From Ostrea edulis (Eukaryota), in the NCBI RefSeq assembly GCF_947568905.1, contig NC_079170.1:36022001-36086000 (forward strand): DNA of 64,000 bases, read 5' to 3'. This document shows positions 21,348 through 32,276 of this stretch, piece by piece. Position numbers and translations under genes: made by a program. The notes beneath the pieces are model-generated. The model saw only the letters and a list, made by a program, of their open reading frames with translations, had not been told where the DNA came from and made no database searches. Positions within the stretch are counted from its first letter, which is position 1, and each line of letters opens with the position of its first letter.

Positions 21348-24300
21348 CTACAAAGTAAAAATAACTTTTCCATACTTATCGTCGTGTTTCTGTTCGAATT
21401 TCCCGATGTGTCCCTCAAGCATTAATTCCTGTAAACAACGAAATGAAGCATTAATAATGATCATTATCCAAAATGTCCCTCAAGCATTAATTCCTGTAAA
21501 CAACGAAATGAAGCATTAATAATAATCATTATCCAATGTGTCCCTCAAGCATTAATTCCTGTAAACAACGAAATGAAGCATTAATAATAATCATCATCCA
21601 ATATGCCCCTCAAACATTAATTCCTGTAAAGAACGAAATGAAGCATTAATAATAATCATTATCCAATATGTCCCTCAAGCATTAATTCCTGTAAACAACG
21701 AAATGAAGCATTAATAATAATCATTATCCAATGTGTCCCTCAAGCATTAATTCCTGTAAACAACGAAATGAGGCATTAATAATAATCATCATCCAATGTG
21801 TCCCTCAAGCATTAATTCCTGTAAACAACGAAATGAAGCATTAATAATAATCATTATCCAATGTGTCCCTCAAGCATTAATTCCTGTAAACAACGAAATG
21901 AAGCATTAATAATAATCATCATCCAATGTGTCCCTCAAGCATTAATTCATGTAAACGACGAAATGAAGCATTAATAATAATCATTATCCAATATGTCCCT
22001 CAATCATTAATTCCTGTAAACAACGAAATGAGGCATTAATAATAATCATCATCCAATGTGTCCCTCAAGCATCAATTCCTGTAAACAACGAAATGAAGCA
22101 TTAATAATAATCATCATCCAATATGTCCCTCAATCATTAATTCATGTAAACGACGAAATGAAGCATTAATAATAATCATTATCCAATGTGTCCCTCAATC
22201 ATTAATTCCTGTAAACAACGAACAACGAAATGAAGCATTAATAATAATCATTATCCAATGTGTCCCTCAAGCATTAATTCCTGTAAACAACGAAATGAGG
22301 CATTAATAATGATCATTATACAATATGTCCCTCAAGCATTAATTCCTGTAAACAACGAAATGAGGCATTAATAATAATCATCACCCAATATGCCTCTCAA
22401 ACATCAATTCCTGTAAACAACGAAATGAGGCATTAATAATAATCATTATCCAATATGTCCCCCAAGGATCAATTCCTGTAAACAACGAAATGAAGCATTA
22501 ATAATAATCATTATCCAATATGTCTCTCAAGCATTAATTCCTGTAAACAACGAAATGAGGCATTAATAATAATCATCATCCAATGTGTCCCTCAATCATT
22601 AATTCATGTAAACGACGAAATGAAGCATTAATAATAATCATTATCCAATATGTCTCTCAAGCATTAATTCCTGTAAACAACGAAATGAGGCATTAATAAT
22701 AATCATTATCTAATATGTCCCTCAAGCCCTCCTGTAAACAACGAAATGAAGCATTAATGATAATCATTTTCCAATGTGTCCCTCAAATATCAATTCCTGT
22801 AAACAACGAAATGAAGACGATCATACCAACTATTTACAATATGTATTATCCAATACGCCTGTTTCGAGATACGAACTCTTCTGTATAGGAGGTGCATTTA
22901 GTGGAACTTTGAATGCCTAGGTGGGGCAGAGTGGATATACAGCCAACGAGGAAAACGATGAAATGTATTAAAAGCGGCTTCTCTTTAAATATGTAAATGT
23001 TTTACCGAAGTGGAAACATACAAACAATGTCATATTTGCAAGAAATATCTTGTATATGGTACTTATGACCAGCGAAATAATGTGATAGGATAAAAATTCT
23101 ATGTATTTTATTACTCCCTAAATACTTATCACTTACTTAGTTTGTGTATCAGTCGAATTCGGGTTATCAAACAACGTATGAGAAACTTTCTGAGTACATT
23201 CACTTACGCTGTGATGAATATATCAGTCCCACTCCCGCGTGTAAACAAATTCTTTCGCGCCTTACTATGTACGAGAGTTCTCCAAAGGGAAATAACTCGG
23301 ACGTATCTCGAAACCGGCGTATTGTTTATCAGTAGAATAATTATTGCTTCTTTCCTCATAATTTCTCTGATTTGGCTGTTTCACGGCACTGTACGTTGAT
23401 TTTGCAGCTAATGCGCTGTCTTTATTCATGTACATGGTATAAGTGGAATTTTTAGCGAGACACAAATTTGGCGATTTTTCCATAAAATGGGTATAGATAT
23501 TTAGCGAGAGCTATTTTTAGCGACTTTAAAGTTTCAAGAGACCTGCTACCTCCAATATGGAATTATTTGTTAGCCATATTTGATTTTAGCGATCTTAACA
23601 CTCTCACTAATAATGCCAAAATTCTTCGTAGAATGGGTAGTTTGAGTTTAAGTGGTATTTTACTTACGTGCAGAATGAAGATTATGAGTTTTACTTACGC
23701 ACATCATGAGAAATTTGATGTTTTCTGATGTGCATAATGAATAATTTGTGTTCAAGTTTTGTTTTCCTTATGCGCATAATAAATAATGTGAGTTTTGGTG
23801 TTGTTTTACTTACGTGCATAATGAGTAACGTGAGTTTATGAGCAAGGTCAGCGGGGAGTCCTGAAAATAATGAGATTACAGTGAAACCTCTTTATTCCCA
23901 CATTCATTAGGAAACAAGTTTTGCTTCAGGTTAGATAGGTTGCCAGTTTTGCATAGTTTTACACATTCATGAATAAAACACAATTAAAGTTTAAATGGAT
24001 TGTACCAGTGTCGGGATAGGAAGGGTTCACTGTACATTTAAAAAGAATATCAAATCTATAGAATCAAGATTTTAGCAATATTTCAGTCCAACAATGGATT
24101 AGAGTTAATAGTTATCAATTCTAACATAAGTATTTAGATACAATAGAAATTAGTACAAAACTAGAAACTACTTATTTGAAAAACGACTACAATGTATATA
24201 TCCTGATTAGACTATGAATGGCTACATAATGCTTATATCCTACTTAGACTTTGAATGAAGCCTATTCCCTGTTGCTGGAATATGGTGTGTGTGAGGCTGT

Positions 24301-27300
24301 GACTTTGAACAGCACCCAACACTCTGCGGATTATCTCTTTCTTGTCCTCTGACAGCTGTTGAAAGGCTGGACTACTCAATATAGAATGCTGAAGGAAATT
24401 GTCATTGTCCCTTTTACCGAGTGGACCCTGAAAGGGATCAATAATATTTAAAATATAACTGTTAAAAGTTGAAGTTAACAGTGATCAATCTCGTGAGTCT
24501 TACGATTTATTAAAAATCATAATCCCGTAATGGACAAAGGCAAAGACACCTGATCCCACTTCTGGTGTGTTCGTGTTTGTCGTACTCTTGATTTTGTATT
24601 TTTTGTCGGAATTACGAGATTGACCACTGTTCGTTATCAATGTGTTTGTTACAAAATATCCGATAAGGATGAAGATAACAATCAGTGAAGATGCAACGTG
24701 TTGTACGATTACGGCTTTATACATTGCGGAGAAGACACACACGCACATAAATATGTTTTACGGATGGCGATCATTCCAATCAATCATTCAAACAGTGTGG
24801 TACAGCAGAGATTAAATTATCACTGCTCTAAATCAAGGACGTGTGTTCTGTAAATACCCCATTGTTTACTCTTGTAAATATAGGCACATGCCAAAGTCAT
24901 TAAGTAGATAGCTGTTCACGATCTTGAAACATAAAAAAAAACGTGCGGGAAACTTAGTAGTATGTATTGCTTGAGTGATGGTTAGGTGGGGGAATTGTCC
25001 CCTTCTGTTCAACACTCTGAGTTCATACCATCATAATCTGTGGTGTTAGGTCCCGCGATGTGTAATAGACACGTACTTGTGATTTAGGGGTTTTATCTAG
25101 TGTGAATACGGTGACTGGGTATTGACAATTGTTTATCTCGACCACCTACCGTTCATTTCCACCACTCGTTGTCAAGATACCCACAGTGCCTACCGCCACA
25201 ACTTCTGGTTTATCAAATACTCACATTCACTGCCTACCGCCACAACCTGTGGTTTATCAAATACTCACAGTCACTGTGCCTACCGCCACAACTTGTGGTT
25301 TATCAAATACTCACAGTCACTGTGCCTACCGCCACAACTTGTGGTTTATCAAATACTCACAGTCACTGTGCCTACCGCCACAACTTGTGGTTTATCAAAT
25401 ACTCACAGTCACTGTGCCTACCGTCACAACCTGTGGTTAATTGAATACTTACAGTGTCTACCGCCACAACTTGTGGTTAATTGAATACTTACAGTGCCTA
25501 CCGCCACAACTTGTGGTTAATTGAATACTTACATTGCCTACTGCCACAACTTGTGGTTAATTGAATACTTACAGTGCCTACCGCCACAACTTGTGGTTTA
25601 TTGAATACTTACATTGCCTACTGCCACAACTTGTGGTTAATTGAATACTTACAGTGTCTCCCGTCACAACTGGTGGTTAATTGAATACTTACAGTGCCTA
25701 CCGCCACAACTTGTGATTTATCAAATACTTACAGTGCCTACCACTACAACTTGTGGTTTATTGAATACTTACAGTGCCTACCGCCACAACTTGTGGTTAA
25801 TTGAATACTTACAGTGCCTACCGCCACAACTTGTGGTTTATTGAATACTTACAGTGCCTACCGCCACAACTTGTGGTTTATTGAATACTTACAGTGACTA
25901 CTGCCACAACTTGTGGTTTATTGAATACTTACAGTGACTACTGCCACAACTTGTGGTTAATTGAATACTTACAGTGCCTACAGCCACAACTTGTGGTTTA
26001 TTGAATACTTACATTGCCTACTGCCACAACTTGTGGTTTATTGAATACTTACAGTGACTACTGCCACAACTTGTGGTTAATTGAATACTTACAGTGCCTA
26101 CAGCCACAACTTGTGGTTTATTGAATACTTACATTGCCTACTGCCACAACTTGTGGTTAATTGAATACTTACAGTGCCTACCGCCACAACCTGTGGTTAA
26201 TTGAATACTTACAGTGTCTACCGCCACAACTTGTGGTTAATTGAATACTTACAGTGCCTACCGCCACAACTTGTGGTTAATTGAATACTTACAGTGCCTC
26301 CAGCCACAACTTGTGGTTAATTGAATAGTTACAGTGCCTACCGCCACAACTTGTGGTTAATTGAATACTTACATTGCCTACTGCCACAACTTGTGGTTAA
26401 TTGAATAATTACAGTGTCTACTGCCACATCTTGTGGTTAATTGAATACTTACAGTACCTACTGCCACAACCTGTGGTTAATTGAATACTTACAGTGCCTA
26501 CCGCCACAACTGGTGGTTTATTGAATACTTACATTGCCTACTGCCACAACTTGTGGTTAATTGAATAATTACAGTGTCTACTGCCACATCTTGTGGTTAA
26601 TTGAATACTTACAGTACCTACTGCCACAACCTGTGGTTAATTGAATACTTACAGTGCCTACCGCCACAACTGGTGGTTTATTGAATACTTACAGTGCCTA
26701 CTGCCACAACTTGTGGTTTGGGAGTTGTGGTTGTCGTTGTTGTCGTCGTCGTTGTCGTCGTTGTTGAGGTTGTTGTTGTTTTGCTGTATTCCATCTCCAT
26801 GTGCTAATCACAGAAATAATTTATGTATCGATTAAAATACTGTAGAATTGCAAATTAATGTCTTGTTATTGTTTATTTGTGTGTTTTGTAAACACCCCAT
26901 TCGAGATGTTTATTTCAATCACGGATAGACGTTACCATCTTTAGGTAAATTGCCAAAACGCTTGGCCTATTGATGGCGCTTATTGCCGTAACAGTAAAAT
27001 TTGTTTTCATCATGCCAACACCTACCACCTTATTTAATCTCATATCCGAAAGAACCGTAACTGACTTCAAATACCACATGATTGGCAGAGGAATAGTCAC
27101 TGCCTATGTCAAACGTGTTAGGTTTGCAAGACACCCAGAATGAGATTCTTCCAGTTGCAAAGCGAGCGCACGAACTAAGCTACTGCTCACTTGGTATAGG
27201 ACCACCACGAAACTACGAGAAGTAGTATTCAACGGAAGCTGATCAAATCACCGTATTTTCATGTACAACCTTTTCCAACGACAGCTTACATCTAATACCA

Positions 27301-27762
27301 AATATGTTGATACATGTACATCTTACCATGAGTAGATAGGACTCCAGGCTTTTCTGTTGTATGGATGTTCCAACTGCATTAAACGAAGAGTAAATAGTCA
27401 AATACATTAATACGAAAGATCAGTGTAGCGACTAAATTTATTTCTTATATGAAATGCCAGCCTTAAAATGGATAATAAACTTTGCCAATCAATTTCAGAC
27501 AGAATTGAATGATATAAAAAAGAACCTGACCACTTAAAGCCAGAAGTACTTTTAAAAATCCTTTATCGTCGACATAACGAACAAGGACACCATTTTCAGC
27601 TGCTGCCACCAACTCCACAATGGTGAGCTGGGTATCAGCTGGCAGGGTATGAAAACCTGGGTCCTTGTGAATAAGTCCCAGTATTTCCAGTAAGTCGCGC
27701 TTGTTGTTATCACACAATGCCACAGACAGCGATAAGATGAAAATATACCCAACTGTCTTCAT
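21348..27762 (-). CDS. Gene A: secreted protein with signal peptide, two ~60-aa helical repeats, a Thr-rich linker and KR/GKR sites (217 or 233 aa); family not recognised
   Basis: Coding exons: 27762-27531 (MKTVGYIFILSLSVALCDNNKRDLL...KVLLALS, phase 1), 27373-27327 (47 nt), 26803-26693 (HMEMEYSK, T-rich tract, PKPQVVAVGT), 24427-24244 (GPLGKRDND...GFIQSL, phase 1), 23860-23814 (47 nt, RLPADLAHKLTLLIMH). Terminal exon is either 22796-22764 (ELIFEGHIGK*) or 21428-21348 (ELMLEGHIGKFEQKHDDKYGKVIFTL*). All junctions are GT-AG with matching phases, and both domains use the same phase-1/47-nt/phase-0 exon pattern as gene B. A 5' UTR exon ends at 28241 (CAG/GTATGT). Confidence 0.8.
21408..22816 (-). 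repeat. 65-nt tandem array (22 units) made of gene A's last-intron acceptor plus the start of the exon
   Basis: Minus-strand unit: ataatgattattattaatgcttcatttcgttgtttacAG/GAATTAATGCTTGAGGGACACATTGG. Confidence 0.92.
23655..23830 (-). repeat. About 5 decayed tandem copies of gene A's exon-6 end plus donor
   Basis: Plus-strand acttacgtgca-like motifs near 23660, 23693, 23725, 23766 and 23808 (the last is the real donor). Confidence 0.65.
25170..26718 (-). repeat. 40-nt (and 46-nt variant) tandem array, ~38 units, made of gene A's exon-4 end plus donor
   Basis: Minus-strand unit: accacaagttgtggcggtaggcact/GTAAGTattcaatta; the 46-nt units carry GTGAGT. Contains the palindrome ccacaacttgtgg. Confidence 0.95.
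26895..27200 (-). mobile_element. Decayed tRNA-head SINE in a gene A intron
   Basis: tcatatccgaaagaaccgt and catgccaacacctacc are the reverse complement of the body seen at 16.9 and 57.5 kb. Confidence 0.6.
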
Positions 27763-28656
27763 TTTGTTCCTACGTAAAAGCAAATGTACATGTATTTATA
27801 AAGTGAACATTTTCCAATCTGAAATGCAGTGGGAGACTAGTAGTGATATCGTATCGGATTAAACAGGTTGCCAGATTGTAAAGCTTGAAGTTCATGAAAT
27901 ATAATTTATAGTAAATATGGGATCGGAGAATGCAGTGAAACAAGGGAGTCGGATTGGATCATGATTCACTGCAAACTCCAACGTCGTTTAGAAGTTTCGG
28001 CAACTTTGAAACTGTTATCAACATGCTTTTATGGTACCCCTGGAAGTGCATGTTTTGTTATCACTAAGTTTTAGACTTACAATTCAAATTTGTGATTGTT
28101 CAGAAAAGAAAAGTTTGAAAACACAATGACTATGTCACGTAGATGATATACGAAAACCAGGTAGCCGTAAATATTGAAATGTCAATAAACTTCTCCATAC
28201 TATGTCTACTCGTATATAAATATATATAGAGGACACATACCTGTTGGTGCCCAAGCTCTGTTGAAATACTGGCACGGTCTGAGATAAGGTAAAGGTGCAC
28301 TACAATCTTATCATGTGATAAGTCATGATCATGACATCATGTGAGTATCGGTACATGACGACCATGAAGACATGTAGAGTAGGCCAATCTAGATATCAGC
28401 AAATTTATTATTTGCTCCTTTTCTTTACGTTTTATATTGAGCCACAATTGCTTGTTTATTTCAGGTAATCATGTTATTGCAGAAAATTACATTTGTCAAA
28501 TGAGGGAGCATTGGACCACTATAGATTTTTATTGTTAAGCTTCTCTTCTCCCGACTTCTCACCCACTTGTTTTAACACTATCATATAGGACAAACATTAT
28601 TTTGAAGATGAATAATCTTGCCAACAACTTAACATCTTGTATTCATTAAATGTTCA

Positions 28657-28990
28657 TGAAAGAAATTGACGATAACGAACAGCGACCTATGTTATACATT
28701 CTATAAAGAATACACAATTTTAGAGAAGGGCAACAAAGGACCTCTGGACACACCAAAAGTGAGATCAGGTGCACTGGAAGAGTAAATATCTCATGTTGAC
28801 CGGTTACATCATTTGCTAGCCCTATATCTTGATCAGATAAGCGGAGTGATCTGTAGTCAAAATCAATGTGTAAAGAACGGCTGAACAATTGATATGAAAC
28901 ACGTCAGACAGCATTCAACCTAATGACAGACTGCTTTTTCAAATAAGATCTTTACAACGACCATAGAATTTGCAAATTGCTGACTTTAAA
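28657..28990 (-). mobile_element. Penelope-like 3' fragment
   Basis: gataacgaacag...tcttgatcag...gtagtcaaaatc...cacgtcagacagcatt, diverged. Confidence 0.8.
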
Positions 28991-29099
28991 ATATAATATA
29001 TCACGGATGATGATAATGATGATAATAATCTTCATGATGAAAACCTCCATTAGGCTAATCCTTTTCCAAATGAAATATGTACAACGATTTACAATATAC

Positions 29100-29395
29100 G
29101 CTATTGGTCCCGAGGAGATCCGGGTTAGAATAGGTCCGCAGTACCCCCTTGCTTGTCGCAAGAGGCGGCTAAATGGGGCTGTGCTTAGGATGGGACCGCA
29201 AAAACCGAGGCCCCATGTCACAGCAGGTGTGGCACGATAAAGATCCCTCCCTGCTCAAAGGCCGTGAGCGCCGAGCATGGGCGTATATTTTGCAGCCCCT
29301 CGCCGACAATCAAGACGTCTCCGTATGAGTGAATTTTTTTCGAGAGGGATGTTAAAACAATACACAACCCACCCACTAACCAATATAAGCTATTG
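29100..29395 (+). mobile_element. SINE with a conserved central domain (possibly Meta-type), head truncated
   Basis: gttagaataggtccgcagtacccccttgcttgtcgcaagaggcggctaaatgg followed by ggcacgataaagatccctccctgctc; domain name assigned from memory. Confidence 0.65.
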
Positions 29396-29461
29396 TATTC
29401 TGAATCATTTGTGGAAGCAAACTGTAGATACATGTAAAACGTATACGGTACCAATTTTAAT

Positions 29462-29505
29462 GCACCAGATGCGCATTTCGACAAATAATGTCTCTTCAGT
29501 GATGC
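29462..29505 (-). ncRNA. Type I hammerhead ribozyme, minimal stem III variant
   Basis: GCAUCA CUGAAGA GAC-auuauuu-GUC GAAA UGCGCA UC/UGGUGC: full catalytic core, 6-bp stem I, 3-bp stem II, palindromic stem III loop, AUC cleavage triplet. Confidence 0.85.
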
Positions 29506-29949
29506 TCAACCGAAAGTTTTGAAATCCGAAATAACAATAAACTTTTAAGAGTACAGGACTAGGCATGGTAATGCTAATTTCCTTCTGATATTTTTATGTA
29601 TTTCATTGCATGTTATAAATCGTCTTACTAGGTGTTGGCTATTGAGTATACGTTGTCATTAGTTCGAATTCCGCATACCTGTCCACCTCTACTATTGTTT
29701 ATACAATTTCTCACCGGATGACACCTAACATCACGTGATTTACTACACTGTAACCTGTTCACAACTTCAGTGCGAATTCTTAACAGACAACGTCATATAG
29801 TAAATAAGTAGGTAACCGAGGTCTTTATGACCAATTTCATCTGGACGTACATGTACATGTACCGAGTTTTGGTTTGAGCGCAATCCTCTTCAGATCAACT
29901 GGTCCTTTTCTCAAAGACTGTCCTGTTTTTATCAGATTAGCGGTCTCTG

Positions 29950-30001
29950 AGGGTCACAGTCCCCGGTCACTATCAGTTAAAGCCTCAGAATCGACACGAG
30001 G
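29950..30001 (+). other. Probable non-coding first exon of gene B (start approximate)
   Basis: Ends GAGG/GTAAGT at 30001/30002; the next acceptor (32261-32262) lies 14 nt before gene B's ATG. Confidence 0.5.
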
Positions 30002-31299
30002 GTAAGTACTCTTTGGATTTCTGATATTTAAAAGATTGAAGTAAAGGTATGGTAGAGAAAGTTATGAGCAAACCTGCATAAATTTATGAATTTGAATGAA
30101 TTGCATTATTATATGTACAAATGCATAACAGTGTATATCAGTCCCTCAAGATTTAATAATAATCAATACAATGTATAAATAATCAAAAAGAAAGTCGTCA
30201 TTTACTAATCAGTCGATCAAATGCAAAGAGCTCGGGCATGCATGCTTTAGTATTATCATATCACGCAGTGTAACATCTATTGTATTTTTTTTACAATTTA
30301 GAATCGTAAATTGTTAATTTCTAAGTAACCAAAGTGCATGTCGAAATTAAAAACAGATGTGTACATGTATATGTGACTTACGGCTTTCGTTGTACAAAAC
30401 ATGAGTTATTTTAATGGCCGATCAGCTTTCCATAACATACATGTATTAGTTTTGTAAAATCCATACAAAAGAGCGGTCCCGAGGGTAAAAAACCTATGGG
30501 GGATTTTACGATATAGTAGCTCCCTCGAGTTGGGGAAACTACTATACAGCCAATTTTCCAAGGGAAGAGTTAAAAAATAACTATTCTTCTACCTCATCCA
30601 GTCAGTGACCTCCGTCATCAGGTTGACTATTTTGCCGCGTTAGGGTGTGCGCGTTACAATTTGGAATTTAAAACATTAAAATTAGTAATCTACAGTTAGA
30701 AAGAACAGTCTGAGATTTACTTAATGGTTTTGTCACAGTAACTGAGTCTTGAAGGAATCAGGATTTGGCGCCAGCACAGTTGAGATGGGCAAGATATTCC
30801 ATTCTTTGATATCCTATGCAACACAAGCTCTTAACGAGAGAACAGTGGTTGTTTTGTAATATTTAACGTATTGTTCGACGCGGCACTGAGATCGATAATA
30901 AACCCCCACCCCCTCCAGTTGAGAAGCGATCGCTCTAAGTATTCAAACATCGATTAAGTTCTATTTTTGTCTTTTGATAATAAATCGGAATCGCTTCGTA
31001 TGGGTGGTTTTTTTTATTTGGTATTCAAATTTTCTACTAATTATTTTTAAAGTCACAACAATGTATAAAGGTTGAAAAGGCGTCTATTCTTTTAAGGAGG
31101 AGGTATTGTAATATAGTATTGTGAATTAGTTTTGCATTTTGCGTCTGATGTAGCCTTGCGCTGTACGGCTATAGCTTCACCGAAACATTGAATACTATTC
31201 TCCTGGAATCAAACACTGAACACGTGTCTGTAAGAATGAATTATGATTGAAGATGAACCTTTTTTGAAATGATAATGAAATACATGAAACGGTGAAAAT

Positions 31300-31975
31300 T
31301 GATCAATGAAAGGCGAAGATAACGTACACTGACAATCGCATAACTTCTATAAGGAATACAAAATAGAGATTAGGGCAAACACGAACCCCTGGTCACACCA
31401 GCGGTACGTGTAGTGCATACATCGTGTAACACTTAACTTGTGTTTAACCTTTGATTGTTTTTCATATTCTTATGATCTTAATAAATTGACTAATTAAGGA
31501 AATTTGCATCTTACTGGAAATTTGGTACAGGTTAATATTTTTAATGTATTTACAAAATTCTTCTAGGTGATATTTCAAAACCCCGAGATAGATTGCTATG
31601 TAATTGTAATTTGAATTGAAAATTTTCTTGCCAAAGTTAAGGAAATATATGAGAATCTCAGAATTTACAAAATTAAGAGTAGGACAATCACGGACTCCAT
31701 GGACAGAGGTGGGATAAAGTGTCTAGGGGGATTAAGTATCCCCTGTTGACCGGTCACACCCGCCGTTAGCTCTATACCTTTATCAGGTGAAAGGAGAATA
31801 CGTTGTCAATTTAGTATGTAAAGAACGGCCTAACAATTGGTATGAAACATGTCAGACTGCATTCGACCTAATGGCAGGCTGTATGTGTAAAATTATATCG
31901 TTATAATGACCATAGAATTTGCGAAATGTTGACTTTAAGCGGACTTATTTGTCAGTAGACCGCCTCGATTATATT
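31300..31975 (-). mobile_element. Two Penelope-like 3' fragments (31300-31410 and 31675-31975)
   Basis: gaagataacg...gggcaaacacgaacccctgg; accggtcacacccgcc...aacggcctaacaattggtatgaaacatgtcag. Confidence 0.8.
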
Positions 31976-32276
31976 AATTCGAATTTCAGATCACGAGTTT
32001 CCTTTAGAGTACATCTAACCGACTTCTGTGTTACAATGGCAATATATTTACAAAATTAAGTAGTTTTCGTTTCTTGTTTGACGTATTAGATATCGATTTA
32101 TCGTGAAATTAACAAAACAAGTGTAAGAATTTCAAAAGTATCTTTTGATGTTGATTACAAAGCATAATGAAAACAACAGTGACAAGATTTCTGTTAATGA
32201 CATTGTTTCATCGCTAATATCCAAAGGAGTACTAAAATTGCAATACTTCCTGATTTTCGTAGAACACATTCTCGGG

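Noticed and set aside
23381-23407. Alternative terminal exon for gene A (LQNQRTVP*)
   Set aside because: The acceptor lacks a pyrimidine tract and abuts a MITE remnant; the 65-nt-array exon fits the family xLxLE pattern much better. Not fully excluded.
21408-26718. The 65-nt and 40-nt arrays as CRISPR arrays (regular period, internal palindrome)
   Set aside because: No unique spacers, no cas genes, eukaryotic context; the units derive from the host gene's splice junctions.
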